From contig JBMFOP010000017.1 in assembly GCA_049969675.1 (NCBI GenBank), positions 1 through 40,509 on the forward strand: 40,509 bases of DNA, given 5' to 3'. This DNA is from Myxococcota bacterium. GTDB taxonomy: Bacteria; Myxococcota; SpSt-1050. The notes beneath the pieces are model-generated. The model searched no databases and was not told the DNA's origin. It saw only the letters and a list, made by a program, of their open reading frames with translations. The first letter of the stretch is position 1. Each line of letters starts with the position of its first letter. Shown here piece by piece: positions 37,126-40,509 of the stretch. The translations under genes were made by a program, and so were the position numbers.

Positions 37126-38598
37126 ATGAAGAGAAACTGGATAATTGTAAGTATTCTGGTTATAGTCGGTCTTATCATCTACATTGGATTATTTCTATTC
37201 CCTGCAAAGAAGGAGATGTCTTATCAGAAAAAGTCCGAGGGCAAGGTTAGAAATCCAGAGAATACAAATATAGTGATTAAAGTTGAGCCAGAGGATACAG
37301 TTTATAAGATATATCCGGATGAAATGAGAATATTTTATGGTAGCAACGATGCCCCAATAAAAATTATTTTATTTGCTGATTTCAGCGACAAATCTTCTCT
37401 GAATATGATTAATGTTTTTAAGAATGTAATTGGAGAAAGGAAGGACTTTGCCTTATATCTATATACTTTTCCAGTCTATAAGAATGAGCTATCAATTCCA
37501 CTCTCAACTCTATTTATACTCTCCATTCAGAGCGGCAGGAAGGAGAATTTTATTAAATGGCTTGATGGTAGAGAGGGGATAAGTCGCGAAGATATTATTG
37601 AATTTGCAAAGGATAATCAACTGGATTTAGATCTTATCTTTAAGCAGTATGGTGAAGATGGGCTATCAAAGCTTCCAGCCCTTTCAGATATGAATATGGG
37701 TGTAAATTTTGGTGTAAGTATACCTCCAACATATTTTATTCAAGGGGTAAGAAAGAATGGTGAGAAGAACAGTCTGGAGATTGAAAGACTTCTAAGGTCA
37801 GAGTATGAGAAGGTTGAGAATATGATTAAGAATGGCGTACCCAGAGAAGATGTATATGATGAGATAGTAAAGAGTGGCAAGGAGGTTGCGTTTAAGTTAG
37901 AAGTAGTTGATAGAGAGAAAATTGAAAAGAATGAGGCAGATAGAGATGTTGTTATATCCGAGGAAGATTTGAGATATGTCCCATATAAAGGGCCAAGATA
38001 TGCCCCGGTCACAATGGTTTTATTTGTAGACTATGAATGTCCATACACCAAAAGGTATTATCCCATTGTAAAAAATGTTATAGAAAAATATCCCGAAGAT
38101 TTAAGGGTATTTGTTAAGCACTATCCATTGAGCAGTCACAAAAGGTCTTTTGAAATAGCAAGATATCTGGCTTCAGCACTTGCTCAGAAGAAATTTTGGG
38201 TACTCTTTGATAAGATTATGGAGTATCCAGAATTTGTGGATGATAAGAAGATAGAGGAAATTGCCGTTGGACTGGGACTTAATATAAATGAATTGAGGGA
38301 GATGAAGGACTCTGATAAGATTAAGCGATATGTTGAGAATGATACAATAAAAGGGGCAGAACTTAATCTGAGAGTTTTACCGACAACTTATATCAATGGA
38401 GTTAAATATGAGGGTGTGATATCTGCTTCAAGACTTGAAAAGATTATAGAAGAAGAGAAGAAAGTGGCTGATAGGTTATTGTCTGAGGGTATTAAGAAGG
38501 AGGAGGTATATGATAACCTTGTAAAAAGGAATAGATTAAAAAATCTTCTGAATTTAAATAAGCAGGGCAAAAAACCTTATATTGAAAAAATTAAGTAA
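37126..38598 (+). CDS. Membrane-anchored tandem DsbA-like thioredoxin-fold protein (atypical active sites)
   Basis: N-terminal TM. Two G..DAP[I/V]..F.D units, each with a PT..I.G cis-Pro loop. Active-site positions read DFSDKSS and DYECPYT. Confidence 0.8.
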   Translation: MKRNWIIVSILVIVGLIIYIGLFLFPAKKEMSYQKKSEGKVRNPENTNIVIKVEPEDTVYKIYPDEMRIFYGSNDAPIKIILFADFSDKSSLNMINVFKNVIGERKDFALYLYTFPVYKNELSIPLSTLFILSIQSGRKENFIKWLDGREGISREDIIEFAKDNQLDLDLIFKQYGEDGLSKLPALSDMNMGVNFGVSIPPTYFIQGVRKNGEKNSLEIERLLRSEYEKVENMIKNGVPREDVYDEIVKSGKEVAFKLEVVDREKIEKNEADRDVVISEEDLRYVPYKGPRYAPVTMVLFVDYECPYTKRYYPIVKNVIEKYPEDLRVFVKHYPLSSHKRSFEIARYLASALAQKKFWVLFDKIMEYPEFVDDKKIEEIAVGLGLNINELREMKDSDKIKRYVENDTIKGAELNLRVLPTTYINGVKYEGVISASRLEKIIEEEKKVADRLLSEGIKKEEVYDNLVKRNRLKNLLNLNKQGKKPYIEKIK

Positions 38599-38642
38599 AA
38601 ATTTCATAGACAAATGTCTATTTTGAATTTAGGATTTATATT

Positions 38643-39281
38643 ATGATTAAGCAGATGAACATAGCAATAGAAGGACCGATAGGGGTTGGCAAGACAGAGC
38701 TGGCAAGGATGCTCAGCAGGACCTTTGATGCCCGTCTCATATTAGAACCACATGAGGAGAATCCATTTCTTGAGAAATTTTATAAACAGCCACAGCGATA
38801 TGCATTTCAGACCCAGATCCATTTTCTCTTTGAGAGATATAGACTCATTGAGCAGTTTAAACAACAGGATCTATTTCACAGGATTACTGTCTCTGATTTT
38901 ATTTATGAAAAAGATAGAATATTTGCATATATCAATTTGACTGACCCTGAGCTGATTTTATATGAGAAGATATGGGATCTGGTTATTAGAGAACCTGTAA
39001 AGTTTGACCTTGTCATATATCTTGAAGCTCGGATTGATATACTGATTTCCAGAATAAAGAAGCGAAACAGACCCTATGAGAAGGATATTTCAATTGGATA
39101 TCTTGAGAAGGTTATAAATGCATATAATGAGTTTTTTTATAGATGGGATAGTTCACCTCTTCTGGTAGTACATACATCTGAGATAGATTTTGTAAGATAC
39201 CCCGAAGATTATGAGCGGCTTGTAGATAATATAAAACAGATGAAGGGCGGGCGACAGGACTTTGTACCAAAGGCGAGGTAA
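38643..39281 (+). CDS. Deoxynucleoside kinase (dGK/dCK family)
   Basis: IAIEGPIGVGKT P-loop, ENPFLEKFY, FQTQIHFL, KDRIFA, RIKKRNRPYE. Confidence 0.93.
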   Translation: MIKQMNIAIEGPIGVGKTELARMLSRTFDARLILEPHEENPFLEKFYKQPQRYAFQTQIHFLFERYRLIEQFKQQDLFHRITVSDFIYEKDRIFAYINLTDPELILYEKIWDLVIREPVKFDLVIYLEARIDILISRIKKRNRPYEKDISIGYLEKVINAYNEFFYRWDSSPLLVVHTSEIDFVRYPEDYERLVDNIKQMKGGRQDFVPKAR

Positions 39282-39284
39282 TCT

Positions 39285-40142
39285 ATGAAAGTAGTGAAGA
39301 AGATTCCACTTATGCAGGAAATCGCTTCAAGATTCAGGCAAAGAGGTAAGAAGATTGCCTTTGTCCCTACCATGGGGTATTTGCATGAAGGGCACCTCCG
39401 TCTTGTGGATGTGGCTAAAAGTTATGGAGATGTTGTGGTGGTAAGTATATTTGTAAATCCTGCACAATTTGGTCCCAATGAGGACCTATCAAGATATCCT
39501 CGAGATATTAGAGGAGATTGTACAAAACTGAAGAAGAGGGGGTCGGATATAATCTTTATACCCAATCCATCAGATGTCTATCCAGAGGATTATCAGACAT
39601 ATATTGATGTGACAGAACTCTCAAAACCGCTATGTGGAAGATTTAGACCAGGCCATTTTAGAGGAGTTGCAACAGTTGTGGCAAAGTTGTTTAATATTGT
39701 AATGCCTGATGTGGCGGTCTTCGGGAAGAAGGATTACCAACAATATCTAATTATCAAGCAGATGGTAAGAGACCTCAATTTTAATATCAAGATTATTGGT
39801 GTGGAGACAGTGAGAGAGGATGACCAGCTTGCAATGTCTTCAAGAAACTCATATTTGAGCCCGAGAGAGAGAGAGAGAGCCAGACATTTTGCAGAGAGTC
39901 TTTATACCGCTGAGAGACTCTATAAGGCAGGCAAGTTATCAACTCCTGCAAAGATAATAAATTTTGTCAGGGAATACATTAGGGGTTTTGAGGGCATAAA
40001 GATTCAATATGTGGATATTCTTAATGCCAACAATCTTGAACCTGTAAGAGATTTCTCCGTAGATGCGGTACTTGCTGCCGCTGTATTTGTAGGTAAGACG
40101 CGTCTGATAGATAATAGGGTGCTCAAATCCAGATGTCAATAA
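39285..40142 (+). CDS. panC: Pantoate--beta-alanine ligase
   Basis: FVPTMGYLHEGH, SIFVNPAQF, RPGHFRGVATVV, FGKKDYQQ, AMSSRN, RLIDN. Confidence 0.98.
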   Translation: MKVVKKIPLMQEIASRFRQRGKKIAFVPTMGYLHEGHLRLVDVAKSYGDVVVVSIFVNPAQFGPNEDLSRYPRDIRGDCTKLKKRGSDIIFIPNPSDVYPEDYQTYIDVTELSKPLCGRFRPGHFRGVATVVAKLFNIVMPDVAVFGKKDYQQYLIIKQMVRDLNFNIKIIGVETVREDDQLAMSSRNSYLSPRERERARHFAESLYTAERLYKAGKLSTPAKIINFVREYIRGFEGIKIQYVDILNANNLEPVRDFSVDAVLAAAVFVGKTRLIDNRVLKSRCQ

Positions 40143-40509
40143 AAGTTGTCTGTAAAAATCCAGATGCCTATAGGGATTACGAGATAGTTGAAAAGTATGA
40201 GGCGGGTCTTGTGCTATTGGGCTCAGAGGTCAAATCATTAAGAAATGGTACTGCATCCATCAAAGAGGCGTATGTAAAGGTTGAGAATGGGGAGGCGTTC
40301 CTTATCAATTCGCATATCGCCGACTACAGGGCTGCATCCTTCTTAAATCATAAACCAAACAGAAAAAGGAAGTTGCTTTTAAAAAAACATGAGATTGAGC
40401 GAATAGAAGGTAAGATTACATTGAAAGGTTTTACTGTAGTCCCTATTCAAATATATTTTAAGGAAGGTATTGCGAAGATTGAGATTGGAGTCGGAAAAGG
40501 GAGACATAA
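40133..40509 (+). CDS. smpB: SsrA-binding protein SmpB (3'-truncated by window end; absent from the ORF track)
   Basis: Manual translation from ATG 40133: MSIKVVCKNPDAYRDYEIVEKYEAGLVLLGSEVKSLRNG...NHKPNRKRKLLLKKHEI...GFTVVPIQIYFKEGIAKIEIGVGKG. Open to the end of the window. Confidence 0.95.
   Translation, partial: MSIKVVCKNPDAYRDYEIVEKYEAGLVLLGSEVKSLRNGTASIKEAYVKVENGEAFLINSHIADYRAASFLNHKPNRKRKLLLKKHEIERIEGKITLKGFTVVPIQIYFKEGIAKIEIGVGKGRH

Noticed and set aside
40507..40509. Terminal TAA as the smpB stop codon
   Set aside because: It is out of frame (…AGA CAT AA). smpB continues beyond the window.

Overview
A gene-dense, AT-rich bacterial chromosomal window (roughly mid-30s % GC by eye), truncated at both ends. 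Housekeeping genes: mfd, glnA, an AGCS alanine/glycine symporter, a CorA-family channel, a deoxynucleoside kinase, panC and a 3'-truncated smpB that the ORF track missed. They are interleaved with families typical of Myxococcota/deltaproteobacteria: two stand-alone PilZ proteins, Cys-rich 'EICDGxDNDCNG' repeat proteins, an IgGFc-binding lipoprotein, a cytoplasmic Ser/Thr kinase, FHA, TPR and DsbA-like proteins. About seven lipoproteins are predicted. No rRNA, tRNA, CRISPR array or transposase was seen. Main observations: (1) a 1371-aa surface protein ends in an acidic Ser/Asp linker plus 'SSGCSCSIID-stop', resembling a MYXO-CTERM Cys motif with no transmembrane tail, a candidate C-terminal anchoring signal; (2) a degenerate RHS core with a 9-Cys tip is followed by an AT-rich exported partner; (3) a ferritin/rubrerythrin-like gene behind glnA is split by a 1-nt frameshift; (4) a near-consensus sigma-54 promoter precedes a TPR-lipoprotein/FHA pair; (5) a cNMP-binding / PDZ-like lipoprotein / PilZ cluster ends in an 8-codon rsmD-like stub followed by about 740 bp of decayed DNA; (6) a tandem DsbA-like protein has a single Cys (CPYT); (7) the CorA carries SMN instead of GMN. 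All family calls come from motif recognition by eye, not from database searches.
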